From contig CP170459.1 in NCBI GenBank assembly GCA_047947115.1, positions 704,001 to 768,000 of the forward strand: DNA of 64,000 bases, written 5' to 3'. Source of the stretch: Verrucomicrobiota bacterium (lineage in GTDB: Bacteria > Verrucomicrobiota > Verrucomicrobiia > Limisphaerales > AAA164-E04). The position numbers and the translations under genes were made by a program. Each line of letters starts with the position of its first letter. The stretch's first letter is position 1. The notes under the pieces were generated by a model. It saw only the letters and a list, made by a program, of their open reading frames with translations, was not told the DNA's origin and did not search any database. Shown here piece after piece: positions 1-9,339 of this stretch.

Positions 1-356
1 ATTGGCAGGCCATAACCCAAGTGGGCGTCCGGCATCAAAGCACCCTGCACCGAGATCGGCAATTGGCAGGCCCGTTCCATCTGCTTGACGGACTCGGGCT
101 CCAGATCTTTTCCCCACAATTTCCAAGGTGCGGGTTCGCGCGGTTCAAACACCGGCACCTCGGTCAACGCTTTGGCAAAAGCGCCTCTCAAAGGGTCGTT
201 CAAAAAATCCACCGGCGCATTCAAAACAGCCTGTATCTCGCCTCGAAGGGCAGAAATCTCACCACCTTTCAGCCGGAACCGGGCCATAAACGCCTGTGCC
301 AACTCGGTTGGTTTCCCGTAAGGAACGCCCATCTTCTGTAAATCTTTCGCTTTCAT
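1..356 (-). CDS. rtcB: RtcB RNA ligase, N-terminal part (runs off the window start; absent from the ORF track)
   Basis: Manual translation from ATG 356: MKAKDLQKMG...WGKDLEPESVKQMERACQLPISVQGALMPDAHLGYGLP; the MPDAHxGYGxP motif is typical of RtcB; divergent from rtcR. Confidence 0.92.
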   Translation of the reverse strand, partial: MKAKDLQKMGVPYGKPTELAQAFMARFRLKGGEISALRGEIQAVLNAPVDFLNDPLRGAFAKALTEVPVFEPREPAPWKLWGKDLEPESVKQMERACQLPISVQGALMPDAHLGYGLP

Positions 357-426
357 CACTCGTATCTTTCTGAAGTCAAACTTCCGAAGCAGGTGGTTTA
401 ACCCTGATTGCATCAAGCTCAACGGC

Positions 427-1897
427 GAACGGTGTCAAAAAAGTCAATCATAACTTCGCATATAAACGGATGAGATGAGCCGCCATGTCAATTAGGGGCT
501 TTTCTAAAAAGAAAAATGATCTCAAGCACCGGATAAACTTTACGCTTCGCTTGGAGTAGCGCTGGACGCATTCGTACACCGTTGACCATTTTCTCCCGGC
601 TTCTTTGGCAGCGTTTTTCATTGCTTCAAAGCGAATTTGACGTCGACGAATTTCTGCTTCGTTGCTCACTCCGTAATCCTTTTCCAAATCATGCTCCATC
701 AAGAGACAGAGGTTATGTGCCAGGCAAAGAAAGTTGGCTTGAATCTTCTTGGCCCGGACTGATCCGGCCCATGCCTTTTTCTCCTGAAGTGTATTTTTAA
801 ACTCATCGAATACCTTCTCAATATCCCAACGCATCCGATAGAGCTGTGCTAACAAACCTGGCGAAATCGTCAATTGGTTGGTGATCAAAACGTGTTCCTT
901 CCCAGTTTGCGGATCGACACATACGATTCGTCGAAGAATGCTCTGGTTATTGACTATGATTTTTTCATCGGACGTGATTCCGTGATTGATACCATTTTCA
1001 TGATCGACTTCCAGTTCATCCAGACATTCATAGGCAGTTCCGTCTTTCATGCGGGAAACGAAATAAATTCCACCTCGTGATTTCCACCAATCCCACTCAT
1101 TGAAATCGATGGACGCAGAGTCATACACATAGAGAACTTTGCGTCCCGTCTTGGCACCCTGCCTGAGTGTTTCGATACCCATCCTTTTGAGGGCTCGCAT
1201 GTCATGCTCATGCTTACGATGAACCTCATCGGCTGTATCCAGCAACTTGATTGCATGGGATCTCAGATTCAGGGCGTAGAAGTAACCGGGAGCCCATTTC
1301 TTTTCATTCTTGCGTACTTCATGAGCCGAAGCACCATGCCAATGGCCATCAGCGGCATAGATGTCATATTTTTTTAGTTCCTCAAAATCCTGAAGAGGGT
1401 CATTAAGTTCTTTGGCTGCTTTAGCGCAAATACTATCATTTAATTCATCGGCAAGAAGGAGGCGTCGGTTACTTTTGAGAGATTCGAAATAAAGCCCCAC
1501 AGAAATATCACTCTGAAAGTGGGGGCCGTATTGCTGGAGAAACCCCCGGCCGCTGGGGGATTCCATAAGAATTCGGGTGACTCCTAATTCAAGCCAATGC
1601 TGGTCGGGTAATTCATTACATTGGCGAGTGTGAACAGCTCGATTCAAGGCGTCAAATAAAGGCTTGAAGAATGCTGTAAATATCTTATTATCAGTTAATA
1701 GAGCTCTTGGCATGAAAATTTTTTGGGGTCAGAGCGCTAGAGTCAACTTTAATCGCACAAAAACCGGCTAAATTCTCTGTTTTAGAGCATTTTAATCATT
1801 TTGAAACCCTTGAAAAGAACCGAATCAGACAACTGAAACACATCGCAGGAACCCGGTTTCAGGCGGCAAATTTGGCTTCACTCTTTTGACACCGTTC
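427..1897 (-). mobile_element. IS4-like insertion sequence, 1471 bp, with terminal IRs and 8-bp target duplication
   Basis: Perfect 14-bp IRs GAACGGTGTCAAAA (427-440) and TTTTGACACCGTTC (1884-1897); direct repeat TCAACGGC at 419-426 and 1898-1905; AT-richer than the flanks; one transposase. Confidence 0.93.
448..1713 (-). CDS. IS4-like DDE transposase
   Basis: 421 aa; D (AADG), D (YVYD) and YREK-type motif YRMRWDIEKVFDEFK; lies within the IRs. Confidence 0.9.
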   Translation of the reverse strand: MPRALLTDNKIFTAFFKPLFDALNRAVHTRQCNELPDQHWLELGVTRILMESPSGRGFLQQYGPHFQSDISVGLYFESLKSNRRLLLADELNDSICAKAAKELNDPLQDFEELKKYDIYAADGHWHGASAHEVRKNEKKWAPGYFYALNLRSHAIKLLDTADEVHRKHEHDMRALKRMGIETLRQGAKTGRKVLYVYDSASIDFNEWDWWKSRGGIYFVSRMKDGTAYECLDELEVDHENGINHGITSDEKIIVNNQSILRRIVCVDPQTGKEHVLITNQLTISPGLLAQLYRMRWDIEKVFDEFKNTLQEKKAWAGSVRAKKIQANFLCLAHNLCLLMEHDLEKDYGVSNEAEIRRRQIRFEAMKNAAKEAGRKWSTVYECVQRYSKRSVKFIRCLRSFFFLEKPLIDMAAHLIRLYAKL

Positions 1898-1914
1898 TCA
1901 ACGGCACCTCATCA

Positions 1915-1930
1915 ATCATTATGTGTGCCA
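1915..1930 (-). promoter_or_regulatory. Putative sigma54 (-24/-12) promoter of rtcB
   Basis: Minus strand TGGCACACATAATGAT: good -24 box, -12 reads GA rather than GC; rtcB operons are sigma54/RtcR-dependent in characterised systems. Confidence 0.55.
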
Positions 1931-2027
1931 ACCCGGATTTTTTGCACACGTATTTTCTCTATTCATTGTGAATTAACATATTACATAATATTCAAGCTCA
2001 ACCAGCAGGAAAAAAGCACTTACAGTT

Positions 2028-2073
2028 TAGTAGATATATTTCTATTTTATTGGACAACTTAGAAATTCTACTA
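2028..2073. promoter_or_regulatory. Imperfect inverted repeat, candidate RtcR upstream activating sequence
   Basis: TAGTAGAtatATTTCTA ... TAGAAATTCTACTA, about 125-170 bp upstream of the predicted rtcB start site, with an AT-rich spacer. Confidence 0.4.
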
Positions 2074-2086
2074 TCATGCTCACTTC

Positions 2087-3772
2087 ATGAAAAAAGTCGT
2101 CATCGGCATTTTGGGTTCCGTCATGGACAAAGGAGCCGGCCCGGGACGTTGGGACCTGTGGCGCCCAACCGTTTCCCTCTTCCAGCATGAGGATCTACTG
2201 ATCGACCGATTGAATCTCATCCGGGAACCGCGCTGTAGAGCATTGGCCAAACAAGTCAGCGCAGACATCCGCCAGGCTTCACCCGAGACGGAAGTTACCC
2301 AACATGACGGTATCTTTCGCGACCCCTAGGATTTTGAGGAAGTTTTCGAGACGCTCCATGATTTCGCCACCCGATATCCGTTCGATACGGATCGGGAGGA
2401 ATACTACATCCACATCACCACCGGATCCCATGTCCAACAGATCTGCCTGTTCCTATTGACCGAATCAGGCTACCTTCCCGCACGCCTGATTCAGACATCT
2501 CCACCAAAGCGCCGCAACTCGGGAGAATTAGGGAGATACCACATCATCGATTTGGATCTGTCCCGCTATGATCGCATCGCCGATCGGTTTCAGGAAGAAA
2601 AGGACGAAGCCCTGGATTTCCTCAAATCAGGCATCGCCACACGGAACGTGGCCTACAACCAACTGATTGAATCGATGGAAACCGTCTCGGTGCGATCGCA
2701 AGCGCCGATGCTGCTGATGGGACCAACCGGAGCAGGTAAATCACATCTTGCCCGAAAAATCTACGAACTGAAAAAAGCGCGCAGGCAATTGAGCGGACCA
2801 TTCGTGGAAGTCAATTGCGCCACCCTGAGGGGCGAATCCGCCATGAGCAACCTGTTCGGCCATGTGCGTGGTGCTTTCACCGGGGCTCAGAACGCCCGTA
2901 AGGGGTGCCTGATGTCCGCGCACGAAGGCATGCTGTTTCTCGATGAGATCGGCGAATTGGGATTGGACGAGCAGGCAATGCTACTCCGGGCTATCGAAGA
3001 GAAACGCTTTTTCCCGTTGGGATCGGACAGCGAAGTGGAAAGCAACTTCCAACTCATCGCTGGCACCAACCGCGAATTATCTGAGGCTGTAAGAAAAGGA
3101 CTGTTTCGAGAGGATCTGTTTGCGCGCATCAACCTTTGGACCTTTCACCTGCCCGGCCTGAAAGACCGCCGGGAGGACTTGGAGCCCAACCTTGAGTTTG
3201 AACTCACGCGCTACGCCAGCCAAACCGGTCAACACGTCTCCATGAACAAGGAAGCACGCGACACCTTCCTTTCATTCGCTTTGAGCCCGGAAGCAATATG
3301 GACAGGAAACTTTCGCGATCTCAACGCAGCCGTTTCCCGCATGGCCACCCTGGCAGGAGGCAGACGCATCACGCGTGCAGACGTCAAGGAAGAAACGGCA
3401 AGATTGAAGACACTTTGGTCCCCCCATACCAATCGTGCAACATCCAATCCGGACCAACCGCATCAAAACACCCTGCCGGAACACATCTCCCAAAAACTAG
3501 ACCTGTTCGACAAAGCCCAACTGGCAACCGTTCTTCAAGTATGCCACGAAGCCCCGACCATGGCCGAAGCCGGACGCCGCCTGTTCTCCGTCAGCCGCCA
3601 ACAACTCAAATCCCCCAACGACTCAGATCGCCTGAGAAAATACCTCCTAAAGTTCGGACTCACCTGGCGAGACGTCAGAAAAACAACACAAATTAACCCG
3701 CCACCGGAAGAACAAGCTCCATCTCCCCCCCACTTCGAATCTCATACCTTTCAGCCTGCTATCAGGCCGTAA
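2087..3772 (+). pseudogene. rtcR: RtcR sigma54-dependent activator (CARF-like N-terminus + AAA+), interrupted by in-frame TAG at 2327-2329
   Basis: ORFs 2087-2329 and 2456-3772 share a frame; read-through gives RDP*DFEEVFETLHDFA...IHITTGSHVQQICLFLLTE, matching RtcR DPWDFEEV; Walker A GPTGAGKS, GAFTGA loop, LFLDEIGE. Confidence 0.9.
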
Positions 3773-3844
3773 TCGAAACGCCTCAACCCATCGGACGCCC
3801 ATGGCTTCCCACGTGCTATCACATCTTGAAAATCATGTGAAAAA

Positions 3845-3874
3845 ATCTGCGTGAATCTGTGACCATCTGCGGTT
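3845..3874. repeat. Three 10-bp-period ATCTG units
   Basis: ATCTGCGTGA ATCTGTGACC ATCTGCGGTT. Confidence 0.55.
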
Positions 3875-3919
3875 CAAACATAGAAACCCTCCACCCGGCC
3901 TTTTTCTCAGAAATGAGCA

Positions 3920-3935
3920 TGGCATACATCAAGCT
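3920..3935 (+). promoter_or_regulatory. Putative sigma54 promoter of the hcp-like gene
   Basis: TGGCATACATCAAGCT has exact GG-N10-GC spacing, about 40 bp upstream of ATG 3974. Confidence 0.45.
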
Positions 3936-3973
3936 TTATCAGTTTTGTTGCAAACAACAGAAATCAAACAACT

Positions 3974-4528
3974 ATGAAGCACAACAAACTCACTCAACGG
4001 ATCGCCGGACTTCTGCTGGCCATTATCACCATCACCCAAATCAACGCGGCCGCCTATATCAAGTTCGACGGTATTGACGGCGAGGCCAAATCAGAAGGCC
4101 ATGAGGGATGGATCGAAATCCTGTCCTTCAACCAGGGCATCCACAAACCCAAACAAGGCGCATCGGGTTCCACCCGCAGACGCTCCGCTGCCGTATTTGG
4201 CGATTTGACGGTAGCCAAGGAACTCGACAAATCTTCTCCCAAACTGGCCGAAGCCGTTGCCACCGGACGGGTCATACCCCGTGTGACACTGGATGTGACT
4301 GTCGCCACCGAACGTGGAGAAATGACTTATTACCGCTACGAGCTGACCAACGTCCTCGTCACCAGCTACCAAGTCAGCATGGACAATCCTGAATTGCTGC
4401 CCATGGACAGCTTCAGTCTGAATTTCGAAAAAATCAAAGTGACTTACACCGGGTTGGAATTCGGAACCAAAGGGGAATCCGGGGACCTCGTCGAGTATTC
4501 CTGGAAAGTCGAAGAAGGAGAAAATTAA
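3974..4528 (+). CDS. hcp: Hcp (T6SS tube, Hcp1 family) protein with N-terminal Sec signal peptide; orphan
   Basis: AYIKFDGIDGE..HEGWIEILSF, DLTVAKELDKSSPKL, YELTNVLVTSY, SFSLNFEKIKVTY are Hcp1-type motifs; preceded by MKHNKLTQRIAGLLLAIITITQINA. Confidence 0.88.
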   Translation: MKHNKLTQRIAGLLLAIITITQINAAAYIKFDGIDGEAKSEGHEGWIEILSFNQGIHKPKQGASGSTRRRSAAVFGDLTVAKELDKSSPKLAEAVATGRVIPRVTLDVTVATERGEMTYYRYELTNVLVTSYQVSMDNPELLPMDSFSLNFEKIKVTYTGLEFGTKGESGDLVEYSWKVEEGEN

Positions 4529-4556
4529 TTTTTCAACGCTCATAACAAGTTCCTTT

Positions 4557-4589
4557 AAAAAGGACGCCGGATTTTCCGGCGTCCTTTTT
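4557..4589 (+). terminator. Intrinsic terminator (symmetric A/T tails)
   Basis: AAAAAGGACGCCGG-ATTTT-CCGGCGTCCTTTTT. Confidence 0.9.
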
Positions 4590-4636
4590 GTGTTTTCCCA
4601 TTGCAATCATTCAAACATCCGGATTTCATAGATGCC

Positions 4637-7420
4637 ATGCGCGAAGAGAATCCAGCTCCAAACAAGAAGCGGTACCGTCCCACCATGGGACCACGCCTGC
4701 ATATATTACTGTATGTGGTCTTCGGCCTTTTTGCGGTTCTGGGAGCCAATTCCGCTTACCTGAGTGCCATCACCTTTCTCGAATGGTGGAACGAGGAACT
4801 CTACCAAAACTATTTTTACCAATACATGTTCCTGGCCCATTTGGTCCTTGGAATCATCCTGGTGCTGCCATTCCTTGCTTTCGCTTTTGCCCACCTGAAA
4901 CTTGCCTACAACCGGAAAAACCGAAGGGCCGTCAAGGTAGGTTACGGATTGCTGGTTATTTCCTTGATCCTCTTGATATCAGGGTTTGCGTTGATGCGGG
5001 TGGAAGGGTTTGAAATTCGAAACCCAAACACTCGGCTCTGGCTTTATTGGTCACATGTCATTACGCCTCTACTTGCCATCTGGCTTTACGTGTTGCATCG
5101 ACTTGCCGGCCCGCGCATCCAGTGGAAAATCGGAGCCGGTTGGGCTGCCGCTGTCGGCGTGGCAGTCGTCGCCATGGCAGGTCTCCACCAACAAGACCCC
5201 CGTAATTGGAATGTCGAAGGGCCCAAGGAGGGAGAAAAATACTTTGAACCTTCTCTGGCTCGCACAGCCACAGGCAATTTCATCCCTGCCAAAACCCTGA
5301 TGATGGATGAATACTGCAAGAGATGCCATGAACACGCCTACAACGACTGGTTCCACAGCTCCCATCATTTCAGCTCCTTCAACAACGAGCCCTACCTTTT
5401 CTCAATCAAGGAACTGAGAGACCTCCTGATGGAACGTGACGGCGATGTCAAAGCCTCACGCTGGTGTGCAGGCTGCCACGATGTCGTGCCATTCCTGAGC
5501 GGTGCATTCGATGATCCAAATTTTGACATGCGCAACCATCCAACGGTCAATGCCGGGGTGACCTGCACCGTCTGCCACTCCATCACCCACATCAACAGCA
5601 CCAAAGGCAATGCGGCCTATACCATCGAAGAACCGATTCACTACCCGTTTGCTTTCAGCGACAATCCATTCCTACAGAAAGTCAACGAGCTGATGGTCAA
5701 AGCGAAACCCGCATTCCACAATAAAACATTCCTCAAACCATTACATAAAAAAGCCGAATACTGCTCGGTCTGCCACAAAGTCAGTCTCCCGGGCGAACTC
5801 ACCGGATACAAAGACTGGCTGCGAGGACAAAACCACTACGACAACTTTCTGTTAAGCGGTGTCTCAGGCAGCAACGCACGGGCTTTTTACTACCCTCCCA
5901 AAGCTGAACCCAACTGCAACGACTGCCACATGAAACTGGAAACGTCAGCCGATTTCGGGGCCCGGTTCTTCGATGAATCCGGTGAACTGAAAATCCATGA
6001 CCACCAATTTCCGTCTTCCAACACTGCGCTGCCTCACCTGAGAAAGGCACCTGAGTGGGTCAATGAAGAACAGGAAAAGTTCCACAAAGGCAACCTGCGG
6101 GTAGACCTTTTTGGTGTGAAGGAAGGAGGAACAGTCGACTCACCTCTGACCGCCCCGATCAGGCCTGAAATTCCTGCATTGAAACCCGGGCAGACTTACC
6201 TGTTTGAAGTGGTGATCCGCACCCTGAAACTGGGACACATCTTCACTCAAGGAACCGTTGACTCCAATCAAGTCTGGTTGGAGGTCAAAGTGGAGGACGA
6301 TGAAAAGGTTCTGGGCCATAGCGGAAGTGTGGACGAAGAACACCGAGTCGACCCCTGGTCCCACTTCGTGAACGTCTACATGCTGGACAAAAACGGCAAC
6401 CGTATCGACCGTCGTAATGCCGCCGATATTTTCACGCCGCTGTACAACAATCAGATCCCTCCGGGAGCGGCCGCTGTCGTGCATTATCAGTTTAAAGTCC
6501 CGGAAAACCAGCAGCAATCCCTCAAGGTGCGGGTTCGGTTGAATTACCGCAAATTCGACACCACTTACATGCAGCATGTATATGGACAGGATTACTCAAA
6601 TGACTTGCCTATAACTATCATGGCCGAGGACTTGGTCGAATTCCCCGTTCAAGCAGGAATGACCGTCACGCAAAACGCCACCGTTCCCGTCCATCCCGAA
6701 AACTTTCCAATGTGGCAACGTTGGAATGACTACGGAATCGGTCTCCTCCTCAAAGGCTCGGCCGGCAGCGACAAAGGCGAACTCAAACAAGCCGCCGCCG
6801 CCTTCACACAGGTGGAAGCCCTCGCACGCCCGGAAGGTCCGGTCAATATGGCTCGAGTGTTCTTCAAAGAAGGCCGCGTCGACGATGCTGCCCGCGCTTT
6901 ACAACGCGCCGCCACATTCGATCCCCCTGCCCCACGCTGGACCGTGGCCTGGTTCACCGGACAAGTCCACGCTCAAAACGGTGAACTCGACGAAGCCATC
7001 CAAAATTACCGAAGCATCCTCGAGGACCGCTACGTCGAACTGGATGAACGCGGGTTCGATTTCAGCAAGGATTACGTCGTGATCAACGAACTCGGACAAA
7101 CCTACTACCTCCGATCCAAACTCGAACGCGGACAACCCGAACGCGAAAAGCAATTCCTGGAACTCGCCATCCAACAATTTGAAAACACTTTGAAACTGGA
7201 TTCCGAAAACCAGACAGCCCACTACAACCTGTCCCTGATCCACGCCGAACTCGGCAACGAAGAAAAAGCCGCCATCCACCGCGATCTGCACGAAAAATAC
7301 CGCTTCGACGACAATGCCCGCGACCGCGCCGTCGCCATTGCACGAGCCAAAGATCCGGCCGCTCGGCACGCCTCTCAGGGAATCGTCATCTATGATCTGC
7401 AAAGAACGGAGAAAGAATAG
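4637..7420 (+). CDS. Membrane-anchored pentaheme c-type cytochrome with C-terminal TPR repeats
   Basis: About 5 N-terminal TM helices; CxxCH x5 (CKRCH, CAGCH, CTVCH, CSVCH, CNDCH); TPR-like helices (AIQQFENTLKLDSENQTAHYNLSLIH); start could be 4601, 4637 or later. Confidence 0.8.
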   Translation: MREENPAPNKKRYRPTMGPRLHILLYVVFGLFAVLGANSAYLSAITFLEWWNEELYQNYFYQYMFLAHLVLGIILVLPFLAFAFAHLKLAYNRKNRRAVKVGYGLLVISLILLISGFALMRVEGFEIRNPNTRLWLYWSHVITPLLAIWLYVLHRLAGPRIQWKIGAGWAAAVGVAVVAMAGLHQQDPRNWNVEGPKEGEKYFEPSLARTATGNFIPAKTLMMDEYCKRCHEHAYNDWFHSSHHFSSFNNEPYLFSIKELRDLLMERDGDVKASRWCAGCHDVVPFLSGAFDDPNFDMRNHPTVNAGVTCTVCHSITHINSTKGNAAYTIEEPIHYPFAFSDNPFLQKVNELMVKAKPAFHNKTFLKPLHKKAEYCSVCHKVSLPGELTGYKDWLRGQNHYDNFLLSGVSGSNARAFYYPPKAEPNCNDCHMKLETSADFGARFFDESGELKIHDHQFPSSNTALPHLRKAPEWVNEEQEKFHKGNLRVDLFGVKEGGTVDSPLTAPIRPEIPALKPGQTYLFEVVIRTLKLGHIFTQGTVDSNQVWLEVKVEDDEKVLGHSGSVDEEHRVDPWSHFVNVYMLDKNGNRIDRRNAADIFTPLYNNQIPPGAAAVVHYQFKVPENQQQSLKVRVRLNYRKFDTTYMQHVYGQDYSNDLPITIMAEDLVEFPVQAGMTVTQNATVPVHPENFPMWQRWNDYGIGLLLKGSAGSDKGELKQAAAAFTQVEALARPEGPVNMARVFFKEGRVDDAARALQRAATFDPPAPRWTVAWFTGQVHAQNGELDEAIQNYRSILEDRYVELDERGFDFSKDYVVINELGQTYYLRSKLERGQPEREKQFLELAIQQFENTLKLDSENQTAHYNLSLIHAELGNEEKAAIHRDLHEKYRFDDNARDRAVAIARAKDPAARHASQGIVIYDLQRTEKE

Positions 7421-7510
7421 GAAGGGACCCTCTGCCGCGAGTCCGCGAACCTGCAAAAAGCATCACATCCCCCCACCAGGGCGCAGTTCAAAAATTAGAA
7501 ATCCTTAACC

Positions 7511-7536
7511 GGAGGGGTAAGCTCCGTCTTACACCC
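7511..7536 (+). repeat. Degenerate GGAG-type REP-like hairpin
   Basis: GGAG-GGGTAAG-ctccgt-CTTACACCC; a weaker related hairpin at 7420-7444. Confidence 0.35.
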
Positions 7537-7773
7537 ACTTCAAACCTCAGTGCTTTGGAATCCTTTTCAAGCTGCAATGGAATCGCCACAGTCATTCGAT
7601 GAACGATAGTCTCCCCGCGTTCCATTCCTTTTGCTCAGAAAAGTTTTCAAGGGGAAAGTTTGGGATGAGTTGAACTCTCCCCTCCATTGTCTAAAAAATG
7701 AACTACGCCCCCCCGTCATATTGAACGGGTAAGGATTGGACAAAATTAAATCCTTCAGATACAGAAAACTCAT

Positions 7774-8502
7774 ATGAAATCTGATTCCATTTTGTCGCCG
7801 CTTTCTTTCAAAAACCAGATCATCGCACTCTCTGCATTGTTCATCCTTTCCACCGCATTCGCCCAGGATCTCTCCAGCGAGAAAAGCGTCAAGCCCGGCG
7901 TCAACGACAACTTCCTGGCGGCCGACCTCGACGTCAGTCAATGGGTGGAACGTTTCGAAACCGAAGGTCGGGAAGTTTACGCCCTCCGCAACAAAGTCGT
8001 TGAAACCATCGACATCAAACCCGGCCAGAGTGTCGCCGACATCGGAGCCGGCACCGGCATCTACACCGGATTGTTCGCGGACGCGGTCGGCAAAGAAGGA
8101 ACCGCCTATGCCGTGGACATCGTCCCCGTCTTCCTTTCCAACATCCTCAACCGCGCCAAGGAAACCGGACGCAACAATATCAAAACCGTCCTCGGCACCG
8201 CCAAATCCACCAACCTCCCGGAAAACTCCGTGGACAAGGTCTTCATCTGCGACACCTACCACCACTTTGAATTTCCCCGCAACACCCTGGCTTCCCTCCA
8301 CAAAGCCCTGCGAAAAGGAGGCGAAATCATCCTGGTCGATTTCAAACGCGTCGAAGGTGAAAGCTCCGACTGGATCATGAACCACGTCCGTGCCGGTGAA
8401 GAAGTCTTCTCAGCAGAAGTCGAATCCGCCGGCTTCGAAAAAGTCGCCTCCTACGACCTCCTCAAAGACAACTACATGATCCGATTCCGCAAAAAAGATT
8501 AA
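7774..8502 (+). CDS. Class I SAM-dependent methyltransferase with signal peptide
   Basis: VADIGAGTG motif I, YAVDI motif II, CDTYHHF; N-terminal IIALSALFILSTAFA-QD. Confidence 0.85.
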   Translation: MKSDSILSPLSFKNQIIALSALFILSTAFAQDLSSEKSVKPGVNDNFLAADLDVSQWVERFETEGREVYALRNKVVETIDIKPGQSVADIGAGTGIYTGLFADAVGKEGTAYAVDIVPVFLSNILNRAKETGRNNIKTVLGTAKSTNLPENSVDKVFICDTYHHFEFPRNTLASLHKALRKGGEIILVDFKRVEGESSDWIMNHVRAGEEVFSAEVESAGFEKVASYDLLKDNYMIRFRKKD

Positions 8503-8511
8503 GGTGTTCAG

Positions 8512-8925
8512 TCAGGATTTCCATGGGTTTAGGACATCCACACCATCAGGAAAATCAGATTCGTTTCTGGTGGCGATGACAAGCTGGAATTCGAGAGCTG
8601 TTGCCGCAATAAGACTGTCCATCAGGTTTAACTTTCGGCCTTTATTTTGATGATAAGCGTAGAAAGCACCCCATCGGTTCATGACAGATCCCGACACAGG
8701 AAATAACCTTCCCTCAGTCCACGTTTCGATACGTCTATACCAATTCTCAATCTGCGAACGGCGTTTTGAACGATTCAGCAACTGGATACCCTTGACGAGT
8801 TCCCCCATTGTCAGCACGCTCACACCTAGTTCTGAGTCATTCCGTCGAAACCATTCCATCACTCCCTGATGAGGATTTGGTCGACACAGTTCACTCAGCA
8901 CATTGGTGTCCACGAGATATGTCAT
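8512..8925 (-). CDS. vapC: VapC/PIN-domain toxin
   Basis: YLVDTNVLSE, MGEL, MDSLIAATA, ATRNESDF acidic PIN residues. Confidence 0.9.
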   Translation of the reverse strand: MTYLVDTNVLSELCRPNPHQGVMEWFRRNDSELGVSVLTMGELVKGIQLLNRSKRRSQIENWYRRIETWTEGRLFPVSGSVMNRWGAFYAYHQNKGRKLNLMDSLIAATALEFQLVIATRNESDFPDGVDVLNPWKS

Positions 8926-8933
8926 GCGCAGTC

Positions 8934-9176
8934 CTACTGGAGCAGGAAATCTCTTGCCGTATCTTCGCTTCGATCAACACCCCACCCTTTGACTGGACAC
9001 TCCTGCAATATGTCAGCCAACGTTTCTCTTGGAGCCATCTGCTGAAATTTTTCCATGGAAAGAACTACAACAGTGGGTTGACCATGCCGGGTTATCATTT
9101 GAGGCCCATCCTCAAGGGCAGAATCCACCAACTTGCTCAATTTATTCTTAGCATCTTGAAGCGACCACGATGTCAT
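8934..9176 (-). CDS. Phd/YefM family antitoxin
   Basis: WSLQDAKNKLSKLVDSALEDGPQMITRHGQPTVVVLS; directly upstream of the PIN toxin. Confidence 0.9.
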   Translation of the reverse strand: MTSWSLQDAKNKLSKLVDSALEDGPQMITRHGQPTVVVLSMEKFQQMAPRETLADILQECPVKGWGVDRSEDTARDFLLQ

Positions 9177-9286
9177 GAGAACAACTTAGCTCACAATTCT
9201 GGCTAGTCTAGCTATTTTAACGCAAAACAGCGTTATGCCGAGATACCGCTGAAGTGAATTCACCGACGGGCCCAAAATAATTCTCA

Positions 9287-9332
9287 TTGACAAACCTACA
9301 CCTGTAAGCAACGATACTCCTACACTTGTAGG
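9287..9332 (+). promoter_or_regulatory. sigma70-type promoter with two BlaI/CopY operator boxes
   Basis: TTGACA at 9287-9292; TACACCTGTA at 9297-9306 and CC-TACACTTGTA-GG at 9319-9332 match the TACA-NN-TGTA BlaI/MecI/CopY consensus. Confidence 0.85.
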
Positions 9333-9339
9333 ACACCAT

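Noticed and set aside
3974..4528. Type VI secretion locus
   Set aside because: Only hcp is present; no sheath, baseplate, membrane complex or vgrG genes in the window
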